64,000 bases of DNA from a virus. Location: IMG/VR virus record IMGVR_UViG_3300050821_017216, positions 32,001 through 96,000 of that record. The stretch is one strand, 5' to 3'. The notes under the pieces were generated by a model. The model saw only the letters and a list, made by a program, of their open reading frames with translations. It searched no databases and was not told the origin of the DNA. The number at the start of each line of letters is the position of its first letter. Within the stretch, counting starts at the first letter, position 1. Positions 15,940 through 24,333 of the stretch are shown piece by piece. Both the position numbers and the translations under genes were made by a program.

Positions 15940-18012
15940 CTATTTTCGAGCGCTCTCGATCCTGGCCTTCTTCGCCGCGCCCATCCGTTTCGCGCGCGCC
16001 CACTTCTCGCTCTTTTTCTTGTTTGCTTCCGCATCTTTCTCTGGATCGCGAGCGCCTGCCAGGATCTCGGCGTCGCCGGGCCGCTCGCACCACCGCTGGA
16101 GCAGTAGCGGGGCCGCACCCTCCCGGTCTTGGTCCCACTCGTGACCACACGTGCAGCGCAGGCGCACCCGAAGGGCTGGCTCCCGGTCGGCCACGAGCCC
16201 ACACGCCGGGCACGTGCTGGTCGTGCGCGCGGCGTCTACGGCCACGATCTGGGTGCCGCGACGCGGAGCAGTCGACAGCAGGCAGTCGCGCAGTTCGCTC
16301 ACGGCGGCGAGCTGGCGGTTGCTGCGCGCGACCTCGTTCTCGGCGTCGTCCGCCCCGGTCGCTTTCCGGGTGGCGATTACCCGCAGGTCGAACTGCTCGA
16401 TCACGATCGTGCTGTACGCGCGCGTGAGCTCTGCGGCGAAGCACCGGTACTTGTCGCGCCGGCGACGCAGCCCGCGCGTGCGACACGCTTCCTCGGTGGC
16501 CCATCGCGCCCAGTCGCCCGTCGCCCACGCCCGGACGGCCTGGAGTGCGGCGTCCTCGGCGGCGTCTCGTTCCGGCCGCTCACTCTCCCAGCGACGGAGC
16601 AGGCGGACCATCTTGGCCGGTCGGCGCCACGCGTGCATCGCGCGCGCGGCGTCCCGCATCCACTCCGGCGCGACCGGAGAGACGCCGATCCACTGCTTGA
16701 CCTGCACCTTGCAGATGTCGAACGCGCGGTCGCGCTCGCTGCGCACGTCCGCGTGCATGCGGAGCGCGTGGACGTCGGCGACGGTCAGCCGGAGCTCGCC
16801 GCTTTTCCCGTTCGAGTCGTGCCAAGCTGCGACGCGGATCGCCCCGTCCATCAACCGCCAGCCCACGTCGACGGCGACGGTCGGGCGGTCCGGGACCGGA
16901 ACGGTCGCGGTGTCGGGCGTGTTGACCGTCAGGCAGAGGCTCCACTCGCTATGCGGCCCGCGCATGCGCCGGTGGACGGCAGCCCAGGTGATGAACGCAC
17001 CGGCCGGCAGCGGCCGGTGGTAGTCGAGCCGGAATGTCGCCCAGATCGGCCGGCGATGCTCGTCGGTGTCCACGCACAACCGGAGCTCGCCGTGCCGCGC
17101 CGCACGGTCACGCACCCAGCGCGCCGGCGTGCCGTCGGGTCGCGTCGCCGGTGCAGGCTGGTCCGGCTCGCCTTTACGACCGGGCAGGGTCCCCGGTGGC
17201 CGGCGGCCGCGACCGCTCCCCACGATGCTGTCTTCTCGACGCGGGGAGCGAGCGGTGAGCGTCGCGCTCGCGAGCCACTCTTCGGGCCACGGGGGGGCAC
17301 CGATCCGCAGCCTGGAGTCCTTCTGCGCGAGCGCCCCCTCGACCGTCAGCGGTCGGGTCGACTGGATCTGCACGCCCACGGTCCCCGAGCCGTCCCACGG
17401 GGGCGGCAAGTCCGGGTCGTGCGGCGTGACGCCGTCCCTCTCGTAGAGCGGCGCCTCGCAGCTCGCGCGGTGCGCGCGGTCTACCAGAAGGTACGTCCCC
17501 CACCACACGCCCGAGTGGTGGCGGGCGTTCTTGACGATCTCGTTGGCCATCGCGTCGATGGTGTCGATCGCGTCGCGCAGCGCGCGCGCCTCCGCCGAGG
17601 CGTGCGGGCACGGGTTCTGCTCGCTCTTGAGCTTGCGACACTCCTTGCACTGCGACGCGTAGCGCGCCCGCACCGCGTAGAGTTGCTCGCGCGCCTGCTT
17701 TCCCGCGGCGCGCGCGGCGGCGATCTGCAGGCGCGCGGACGCCGTCTCGCTGCGCGACCGGGTGACCTTGCGCCCGACCCGGATCTCGGCGGCGAGCCAC
17801 TCGCACGCCGCCGCGATCCCGGCGACCTTGGCCTCGGCCGCCTCCATCTCCGCGCTGCAGGTCGACCGCGCCAGCCGCTCGGCCCACCGTCGACCGCGCT
17901 CGATGAGCGTTAGGTTTTTGCGGTACGCGTGCGCGCGCCACATCTGATCGTGGACGACGTCCGCGCCCTCGCGGGGCGCGGTGATTCCGTTGCGAAACAC
18001 AAGTGTCGTCAT
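15940..18012 (-). CDS. cas12m: Type V CRISPR effector, Cas12m-like (V-M/V-U1; TnpB-derived)
   Basis: RuvC-I VAVDVGWR (D382), RuvC-II VIEQFD (E539), Zn finger CPACG/CTCG, RuvC-III WDQD (D629); WDGSGTVGVQIQ and HRPLP...I motifs match my recollection of Cas12m; abuts the array. Confidence 0.85.
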   Translation of the reverse strand: MTTLVFRNGITAPREGADVVHDQMWRAHAYRKNLTLIERGRRWAERLARSTCSAEMEAAEAKVAGIAAACEWLAAEIRVGRKVTRSRSETASARLQIAAARAAGKQAREQLYAVRARYASQCKECRKLKSEQNPCPHASAEARALRDAIDTIDAMANEIVKNARHHSGVWWGTYLLVDRAHRASCEAPLYERDGVTPHDPDLPPPWDGSGTVGVQIQSTRPLTVEGALAQKDSRLRIGAPPWPEEWLASATLTARSPRREDSIVGSGRGRRPPGTLPGRKGEPDQPAPATRPDGTPARWVRDRAARHGELRLCVDTDEHRRPIWATFRLDYHRPLPAGAFITWAAVHRRMRGPHSEWSLCLTVNTPDTATVPVPDRPTVAVDVGWRLMDGAIRVAAWHDSNGKSGELRLTVADVHALRMHADVRSERDRAFDICKVQVKQWIGVSPVAPEWMRDAARAMHAWRRPAKMVRLLRRWESERPERDAAEDAALQAVRAWATGDWARWATEEACRTRGLRRRRDKYRCFAAELTRAYSTIVIEQFDLRVIATRKATGADDAENEVARSNRQLAAVSELRDCLLSTAPRRGTQIVAVDAARTTSTCPACGLVADREPALRVRLRCTCGHEWDQDREGAAPLLLQRWCERPGDAEILAGARDPEKDAEANKKKSEKWARAKRMGAAKKARIESARK

Positions 18013-18027
18013 GGCTCTATCTTCCTT

Positions 18028-18240
18028 TCAGAGTTTTTGTGGGTCGTGTGGCCAGCCCGCATCGGCTGCACGTTGGTGGCTGCGACGAACGGCGTCCGTG
18101 TTGTCTGGGTTTGACTCCCACGCGTCCGCGCACCCCATCGAGCAGAAGTCGCGACCGTGCGCTCCGATCCTCGCTGTACCGACCTCTCTCATGTCGATCG
18201 GTAGATGGCATTCGTGGCAGACGGTCAGGTGAGCGGTCAT
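18028..18240 (-). CDS. Small Zn-binding (TRASH-like) protein
   Basis: CHEC...FCSMGC. Confidence 0.55.
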   Translation of the reverse strand: MTAHLTVCHECHLPIDMREVGTARIGAHGRDFCSMGCADAWESNPDNTDAVRRSHQRAADAGWPHDPQKL

Positions 18241-18884
18241 CGGCCGGTACCTCGTACCGACTCATGGGTCGGTGACAGGATCGCGGCCACGTCGGGATCG
18301 ATCCCCAGATCTTCGAGACCGAACAGGTGCCGGATCCCGACGCCGTCGACGCTGCTGGTTCGGCTGGCCGGCGGTCGGCGGTCGATCACCGTCACGATCC
18401 CACGCACGTCGAAGCCGTCGGAGCGCAGCGCCTGGACCGCGAGTGCGGAGGACTGGCCGGTCGACACGACGTCCTCGAGCAGCACCACCCACTCGCCGAA
18501 CCGGCACCACGCGTGCTCGACGAGGTTCTTCGTGCCGTGGTCCTTGGGGACCTTCCTGACGTAGATCACGTTGTAGTTGCCGCCGCCGGCGTGTGCGGCC
18601 ACGATGCTCGCGAGGTGGCAGCCGCCGAGCGCCACGCCGGCCACGGCTTCCGCGTGCCCGAATTGCTGCACCTCGCGATGGATGAGGGCGGCGAGCGGCC
18701 GGTGCATGTCGCGGTGGAAGTAGGTGCGCTTGGCGTCGACGTAGAGCCGCGACTTGCCGCCCGAGGCCAGGTCGAACTCGCGCCCGGGCTGAGCGACCTT
18801 GACCGAGTAGGCCTTGATGTGCGCGAGGACTGCCTGCCTGTCGATGGTGGCGTCGGTGTCGGTCATCTCTCCGATGTCGGTCAT
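18237..18884 (-). CDS. pyrE: Orotate phosphoribosyltransferase
   Basis: F.LASG..S..YVD, RK..K.HG loop, PRPP-binding VVLLEDVVSTGQS, V.VIDR; start chosen at MTDIGE with AAAGGA RBS. Confidence 0.9.
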   Translation of the reverse strand: MTDIGEMTDTDATIDRQAVLAHIKAYSVKVAQPGREFDLASGGKSRLYVDAKRTYFHRDMHRPLAALIHREVQQFGHAEAVAGVALGGCHLASIVAAHAGGGNYNVIYVRKVPKDHGTKNLVEHAWCRFGEWVVLLEDVVSTGQSSALAVQALRSDGFDVRGIVTVIDRRPPASRTSSVDGVGIRHLFGLEDLGIDPDVAAILSPTHESVRGTGR

Positions 18885-19216
18885 TTCTCTGATCCTTTCC
18901 TTTGGCGTGTCGGGTCGGTGGGTGACGGTGACTCCACGCTGGGACCCTCCTCCAGGAGGATCTCCATCGGTCGGGTCTCCTCCTCCGGGTCGGCGCGCGC
19001 GTACTCCGTCGGCGGATCCCGGCACTCCGCGCGCAGGATGCGCACGCGGTCGGAGAGCGCGCAGAGCGATCGCGCGTCCTCTCGCGCGCGGCGCGCGCGA
19101 CGCTCGCGCAGCGAGAAGCGGATCTCACTGACGACCAGCAGGACGACGACCGTGCCGAAGGCGCCCGCGATGATGCCGGCCAAGAGACCACGGTGGAACA
19201 TGTCGGCGGGGATCAT
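18881..19216 (-). CDS. Hypothetical membrane protein
   Basis: N-terminal transmembrane helix; coupled. Confidence 0.55.
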   Translation of the reverse strand: MIPADMFHRGLLAGIIAGAFGTVVVLLVVSEIRFSLRERRARRAREDARSLCALSDRVRILRAECRDPPTEYARADPEEETRPMEILLEEGPSVESPSPTDPTRQRKGSEK

Positions 19217-19398
19217 CGCTCGGCCAGCTCCAGACCAGCCAGGAGCTCGTCGACGGTCGGCGGGTCGTCCGGCTCGGTGTACGCGCTGACCTCGAGCCCG
19301 CGCGCCCGCCACACCTCGGTGACCCCGTCGACGTCGTTCACGTGGATGCGCAGCCGGACCATCCCGTGTTTGCCCGCGTCGTACCCGAATAGGATCAC
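19213..19398 (-). CDS. Hypothetical protein
   Basis: GTGA overlap. Confidence 0.5.
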   Translation of the reverse strand: MILFGYDAGKHGMVRLRIHVNDVDGVTEVWRARGLEVSAYTEPDDPPTVDELLAGLELAER

Positions 19399-19793
19399 GA
19401 CATCACCAGCGCGAGGCCGACGTGACAGCGCTCGAGGCGCTTGATCCGGTTGATCTCGTCGATGTTGACGATCGAGCCGAACTGCGCGCGCACGCGCGCC
19501 TCGAACCGGCGGGCGACCTCGGGCCAGACCGCGTCGCGGTGGTGCCAGTTGCCAGCGTGGGCGACGAGCTCGCGCGCCATCGGCCAGGCGACCTCCTGGC
19601 AGCAGTCGAGCAGCGCGGCCACGGCGTCGACGGCGGCGCGCTGCCCGGCAGAGTCGCCCCTCGCCCAGAGCTGCCAGCAGTGCGCGACGGCGAGCAGGGC
19701 GTGGACGTCGGGCGGGGTGAGCGGCGTCAGGTCCCAGCCGCGACCCTTGAGCCAGTGCAGGGCGTCCTGGCAGTGGGGAGTGTGGCGGATCAC
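19395..19793 (-). CDS. Hypothetical protein
   Basis: GTGA overlap. Confidence 0.6.
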   Translation of the reverse strand: MIRHTPHCQDALHWLKGRGWDLTPLTPPDVHALLAVAHCWQLWARGDSAGQRAAVDAVAALLDCCQEVAWPMARELVAHAGNWHHRDAVWPEVARRFEARVRAQFGSIVNIDEINRIKRLERCHVGLALVMS

Positions 19794-20176
19794 GAGTCAC
19801 CCGACTCGATCCGCTCGTCGATGAGGTTGGTGATAGCCATCACGATCCCTCGCGCGCGCGCCACCTGCTCCGCCTCACCGCGCTGAGTGAAGGCGGCAAC
19901 CAGTACGCTCCGCACGATCGGCACGAGCGCCTCGGCTGCGCTGCCCCACCCGGGGGGTCTACTCGCCGAGGAGACACCATGTGTTCGCTCTTTCCCAGGA
20001 TCATCGAGCTCGCGGCACGGGAGGTCCATGTACCAGCCGACCACGAACTCGCCGGCCATGTTGAACACCATCGGGTCGCCATCGCGGGGCGGATCGTGGT
20101 TGTACTCCGACTTGAACAGCGTCTGGCCGCTGTCGAGGCGGAGCAGTCCGGGACGGGCCGTGCGGACGGTCTTCAT
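19790..20176 (-). CDS. Hypothetical protein
   Basis: Start MKTVRT overlapping the upstream stop. Confidence 0.5.
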   Translation of the reverse strand: MKTVRTARPGLLRLDSGQTLFKSEYNHDPPRDGDPMVFNMAGEFVVGWYMDLPCRELDDPGKERTHGVSSASRPPGWGSAAEALVPIVRSVLVAAFTQRGEAEQVARARGIVMAITNLIDERIESGDS

Positions 20177-20427
20177 CGCGTGCCCCGCAGACTCGCCTGG
20201 ACCCTCGGGTCTGACGCCACGAGCCGGGTGAGGGTGGGTGGGGCGTAGCGGAGGCGGCGCGGCAGCTCGACCGACAGCGTGGACCCGCAGCGGCAGTTGC
20301 GGAGCTCGAGGGTCGTCGGCGCCGGGTGATCGGCGTCGACGCCGTCGTCGTCGTAGTAGCCGACGAGCGGCAGCGCGCGCCAGCCGGCGAGTTCGTGGAT
20401 CGCACCGCAGCACGTACAGGTCTTCAC
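20173..20427 (-). CDS. Hypothetical Zn-binding protein
   Basis: CTCCG...W..L..VG...LELRNCRCGSTL. Confidence 0.6.
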   Translation of the reverse strand: MKTCTCCGAIHELAGWRALPLVGYYDDDGVDADHPAPTTLELRNCRCGSTLSVELPRRLRYAPPTLTRLVASDPRVQASLRGTR

Positions 20428-20981
20428 GACTCCTCCCCGCGCGATCGGCGCCACTCTGCCTCCGCGAGGATCGCGCGGAGCTCCTTGACGGCGTACGCGC
20501 CCAGGTGCCTCCTCACGACAGCCTCCGCCCTCGCCATGTCTAAGTCCTCGCTCAGAACGAGGTACCGGACGTCCCCGTCGTCCTTCGGACGACCGGCGAT
20601 CATCTTCATCGCGACGAGGAACTCCGGCGTGACGATCGGCGGCGTGATGCCGTCGACCACCACGGCCGCCGCGAGCGCCCCCGCGTACAGATCCTTCCAC
20701 TCGTCGTCGCGCACGATGACGTCGAGCGGCACGTCGCCCTCGCGGGTCCGCACTCCGCCGAAGACGAGCGGCTCGCCGGAGTAGCCAAGCCGGTCAGTGG
20801 CGACGACGTCGAGGTCGCCCGTCAGTCGCGGCGAACCCCACACCTGCATCGCCAGTCCGCCGGCAACGGCGATCTCGCTGTCCGTGGCGCGACGCTCGCG
20901 CGCCCGCGCCGACACCTTCTCGGCCGCAGCGACCAGCTCGTCGTAGGACGGGAGACGTTTCCCTCTGCGCGGTTTCGTCAC
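20424..20981 (-). CDS. Nucleotidyltransferase family protein (DUF6036-like)
   Basis: AVAGGLA...WG.PR.TGDLDVV; LVAMKMIAGRPKD..D. Confidence 0.8.
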   Translation of the reverse strand: MTKPRRGKRLPSYDELVAAAEKVSARARERRATDSEIAVAGGLAMQVWGSPRLTGDLDVVATDRLGYSGEPLVFGGVRTREGDVPLDVIVRDDEWKDLYAGALAAAVVVDGITPPIVTPEFLVAMKMIAGRPKDDGDVRYLVLSEDLDMARAEAVVRRHLGAYAVKELRAILAEAEWRRSRGEES

Positions 20982-21292
20982 GGTCGACCCCTCTTCTTTG
21001 ACTGGACGCCCCCGAGGGGCCTCGTCAGTAGATCGCGGACGGCGTCCGCCGCCTCGAGCATGTCAGTGGCGGTGGTCTCGACGATGACGCCCTCGTCGTT
21101 CGACAGGTAGACCACGGTCGGAACGTCCGTCTGCTCGACCACGACGAGGTCGAGCTGGCCGAACCTGCGGTGGGTGCGCCGGCGGGCGTATGGGTGCCCG
21201 GCGCGCGCAGCTTCTACGCGCGTAGACGGGTCCACACGGTCCACCCAGGCGAGCATCCGGTCGACCGCGGTGATGGGGCGTGGTTTTTTCAC
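20978..21292 (-). CDS. Hypothetical protein
   Basis: Coupled gene run. Confidence 0.6.
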   Translation of the reverse strand: MKKPRPITAVDRMLAWVDRVDPSTRVEAARAGHPYARRRTHRRFGQLDLVVVEQTDVPTVVYLSNDEGVIVETTATDMLEAADAVRDLLTRPLGGVQSKKRGRP

Positions 21293-21609
21293 GGCGTCTC
21301 TCGCGCTTTTCGGTTCTTCTCGACGACCAGGTGGATCGGACTCGCGCTGCCAGGCGCGCGCGCGTGCTGCGCCTCATTCTCCGCGAGCGCGGCAGCGATG
21401 TCCGATTCAGTCGTGCCAGGCCGGAACGCCCACTGCTCGTCGCGCGGACCGTCCGGCCGGAAGTGTTGGCAACCAGTGAACGCGCAAGCCCCTGGCAATG
21501 CGCCGTGCACGCACGGGGTGGTACCGCACGGCGGCGGGGCAGGCGGTTTGTGCGCAGACTCGGCAGCCCGACGCTGCTGGAACTGGCGAAGACGTAGAGC
21601 TCGACTCAT
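21289..21609 (-). CDS. Hypothetical protein
   Basis: Start MSRALR overlapping the upstream stop. Confidence 0.5.
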   Translation of the reverse strand: MSRALRLRQFQQRRAAESAHKPPAPPPCGTTPCVHGALPGACAFTGCQHFRPDGPRDEQWAFRPGTTESDIAAALAENEAQHARAPGSASPIHLVVEKNRKARETP

Positions 21610-21989
21610 CGCTCGACCTCCGGCGCCCGCTGCGTCTCGATAGCCGCCTCCATGCACGCGTCGACCGCGCGGCGCGCCAGTGCCATCCCCACCGCGAGGT
21701 GCGTGCGGTGCACCGGCCCGCCAGGAAGACCGGAGCACTCCGGGTCGACCGCGAGCGTGACCTCGCGGGTGGAGGAGCCGGTGTCGACTACGCAGACGAC
21801 ACCGACGTAGGGCGCGTGGGCCACGATCCGCCGCACGTACGCCTCGACCTCGTCGAGGTTCGAGCAGTGGAAGTGGACGGAATGTCCACTACCGCCCCCG
21901 CCGTAGTTTCGACCGTCCACCCGCATCGCGGGCGCGGGACCCTCGGCCGCGAACGCCGCGCGGATGGTCGTCTCGAGGTGCTTGTTCAC
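21606..21989 (-). CDS. Hypothetical protein
   Basis: GTGA overlap. Confidence 0.55.
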   Translation of the reverse strand: MNKHLETTIRAAFAAEGPAPAMRVDGRNYGGGGSGHSVHFHCSNLDEVEAYVRRIVAHAPYVGVVCVVDTGSSTREVTLAVDPECSGLPGGPVHRTHLAVGMALARRAVDACMEAAIETQRAPEVER

Positions 21990-22444
21990 GCGGGCTCCGC
22001 GCCGGCCTGCTCGCGGGCGGCGGCGAGGCACGCCTGCCGCATCGTGTCGGCTACGTGGCGGATCGCCGCGTACTGGACGGACTTGATCTGGTCCTCCGTG
22101 TCTTCAGGCAGCCCCACGTCCATCGCCTCCTGTTTGGCGGCAGCGAAGATGTCGGTGAGGCAGTGGTCGGCGGCCCACTGGTAGAGCGCCTGGGTGTAGA
22201 CCTCGACGCGCGAGTCCGCGTGGTCGTGCACGCAGTCGTCGTCCTCGTCCGAACCGGCGAAAGTACCCTCGTCGAACGCCTCGACGGCCGCCTTGCACTC
22301 GGCGTAGATCCAGTCGTTCGGTAGGGCGCCGTGGTGGGCTTCGCGCACCGCGTCCTTGAGCCACGCGGGTGCGTCGTCGGTGAGCGTGACGTAGGTCACG
22401 TAGTCGCTCCGGGTCCGGGTCACGAAGTGAGAGGCGAGGTTCAC
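21986..22444 (-). CDS. Ocr (T7 gp0.3)-like acidic antirestriction/DNA-mimic candidate
   Basis: EDDDCVHDHADSRVEVYTQALYQW resembles the Ocr D.LH..AD..V..YY.DI motif; acidic. Confidence 0.5.
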   Translation of the reverse strand: MNLASHFVTRTRSDYVTYVTLTDDAPAWLKDAVREAHHGALPNDWIYAECKAAVEAFDEGTFAGSDEDDDCVHDHADSRVEVYTQALYQWAADHCLTDIFAAAKQEAMDVGLPEDTEDQIKSVQYAAIRHVADTMRQACLAAAREQAGAEPA

Positions 22445-22996
22445 GGGTTGGTTCTCCTATGGGTTGTGAGTGTCGGCAGGACGGTCACTGCCCATCCGGC
22501 TCGGCGGTAGAATCGGGTCGCGACGGCGGCGGCCTGCGCCGAGGCGCAGGTGTGGCGGTGGACGAGGCCGCGCCGGGCGGCCATGACGAGGTAGGTCTTC
22601 ACGACGGCTCCCTCTCGTGGAGCTTCGCGCACTCGGGGCAGAGACCGCCGCCGCTCGCGAGAAACTTCTTGAGCCACCGCTGCCCCTCGGCGTTCAGTCG
22701 GACGAACCCGCCAGAGGTCGCGCCGCAGAGTCGGCTGACGCGCGATCGGGCGCCCATGACGTGGATGTTTTGGGGTTGTGCGTGACGGCGAGTCATGACG
22801 GGGACGCCTCGTTCATCAGTGAGAATACCGTGTAGTTGTACTGCCCGACCTTCACGATGCGGGCCCAGCAGCCGCGCGCGCGCAGGCGCGCCGCCTCGTC
22901 GGCAGCCTCTCTGCGCGCGTCCAATCCCGTGAATCGGCCTGACAGTAGGAGCTGACGACCGTCGTAGTAGCGTGCACCGTTTCGCCCGCGAGCCAT
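22441..22996 (-). CDS. Three small coupled hypothetical ORFs (22441-22602, 22599-22796, 22793-22996)
   Basis: Overlapping start/stop codons on the same strand. Confidence 0.5.
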
Positions 22997-23003
22997 TTGG
23001 TCC

Positions 23004-23360
23004 TCAGGCCGCCAGCTTGGCGAGCCCCTCCTTGATGAGCGCGTCGATCGGCTCGCGGTCCGCGCGGTCGCCGAGCCCGGCGACGAACGCGCGGACGGCC
23101 GGCGCGTGGAACCCCATGCCGACGAGCGCGAACGTGATGCGCGCGTGCGCGTCGACCGGTGTTCGACGGCCAGGCTGCGGGACGACCCGCAGGACCACTG
23201 GCGTGGCCGTAGATCGTTCCGCGCGCGCCCGGACGGCGCGGGCTACCCGACCGAGCAGGGCGGCGGCGAGCCGCACGACGGTCGCCACGAGCTCGAGGAG
23301 CGCGGCGGCCAGTGAGACGACGGCGACGTACAGGCGGACGGTGGCGGTCTTCGCGCTCAT
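23004..23360 (-). CDS. Hypothetical protein with a RuvA C-terminal (domain III)-like helical domain
   Basis: ARITFALVGMGF...V...V......ID.LIKEGL..L. Confidence 0.5.
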   Translation of the reverse strand: MSAKTATVRLYVAVVSLAAALLELVATVVRLAAALLGRVARAVRARAERSTATPVVLRVVPQPGRRTPVDAHARITFALVGMGFHAPAVRAFVAGLGDRADREPIDALIKEGLAKLAA

Positions 23361-23372
23361 CGGGATTCTCCT

Positions 23373-24200
23373 TCAGTAGAGGACGCGCCCGCTCTGCGGG
23401 TCACGCCGGGTGAGGCCGAGCGCCAGCGTCGGCCCCTCGGCGCCCTGCTTCAGCAGCTCGTGGAGCCAGAGCCACTGGTACTTCTTGCTGTACTTGACCG
23501 ACTCCCAGATCTCACGGGCGGCGGCGTCGCGCTCTGGGCTCGCCGGTTGGTCCGCCAGGGCCTGCAGGGAGGCCACCAGCCCCTCGACCACCGCTTGCCG
23601 GCGAGCGGCCAGGGCGGCCTGTTTGGCCACAGTGGCGGCCTTCTTGGCGGCGCGCGCGGCCTTGGCGGCGTCCCGCTCGGCGCGCTTGGCGGCCAGGTCG
23701 AGCTCGGCCGCGCGTCGCACCTCCTCAATCGTCCGGACTGGCTGCGGGCGCCAGGCAGAGATTCTGGCGGTGAACCTGGCGATCGTGGCCTCGGTCTGCC
23801 GGATGCTGCCCTCGACGTCCCACTTGTAGCTCTCGAGGCCGCGGGCGAACCGGTAGGGCTCGGTGACCCCCACGGCGTACCCGTTGAGTACCCGGCCGGT
23901 GCGGTCACCTCGGAAGAACCAGCTGACGCGGCAGGCCTGGATGTCCGCGAGACGCGCGCGCAGGTGCACGAGCCGGACCTGCAGCGCCGCACGGTGGGTC
24001 TCGATGAGCGCGCAGGAGACCTCGTAGGGAGCCGCATCGACCCCGGGGCAGTCGCCATGGATCGCGCCGTCTCCGGGGCGTTGGTAGCCGTGGTGGACCA
24101 TCCGCAGGCCCGCGTGGAGCTTCTGGTCGCTCTCGCAGATCTGGCAGTTGCCGACGTGGCGGGTGGCCGTCTCGGGGGTGGCGATGGACCGGGCGTTCAT
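23373..24200 (-). CDS. Hypothetical phage protein
   Basis: GNCQIC...HHGY.RPG...GDCPG; coiled coil; promoter directly upstream. Confidence 0.65.
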   Translation of the reverse strand: MNARSIATPETATRHVGNCQICESDQKLHAGLRMVHHGYQRPGDGAIHGDCPGVDAAPYEVSCALIETHRAALQVRLVHLRARLADIQACRVSWFFRGDRTGRVLNGYAVGVTEPYRFARGLESYKWDVEGSIRQTEATIARFTARISAWRPQPVRTIEEVRRAAELDLAAKRAERDAAKAARAAKKAATVAKQAALAARRQAVVEGLVASLQALADQPASPERDAAAREIWESVKYSKKYQWLWLHELLKQGAEGPTLALGLTRRDPQSGRVLY

Positions 24201-24213
24201 CGGGGGTAGACAC

Positions 24214-24286
24214 AATCTAGCAGCTCGGTGTTCGGTGTCAACTAACGAATCTTTTTTCTTGACCGTGAATACCGACGGGGTACAGT
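24214..24286. promoter_or_regulatory. Back-to-back divergent sigma70-like promoters at the strand switch
   Basis: Minus: TTGACA(24241-24236)-16-TAGATT(24219-24214); plus: TTGACC(24259)-16-TACAGT(24281). Confidence 0.7.
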
Positions 24287-24333
24287 GAGGTCTGTCAGGC
24301 CACTCAACCCGGGAAAAGGAGATCCCCACCACC

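Noticed and set aside
16129-17913. 594-aa plus-strand ORF opposite cas12m
   Set aside because: Antisense shadow of the effector gene.
15940-18012. Plain IS200/IS605 or IS607 TnpB transposon
   Set aside because: No TnpA or serine recombinase, no IS ends seen, much larger than typical TnpB, and it abuts a CRISPR array.
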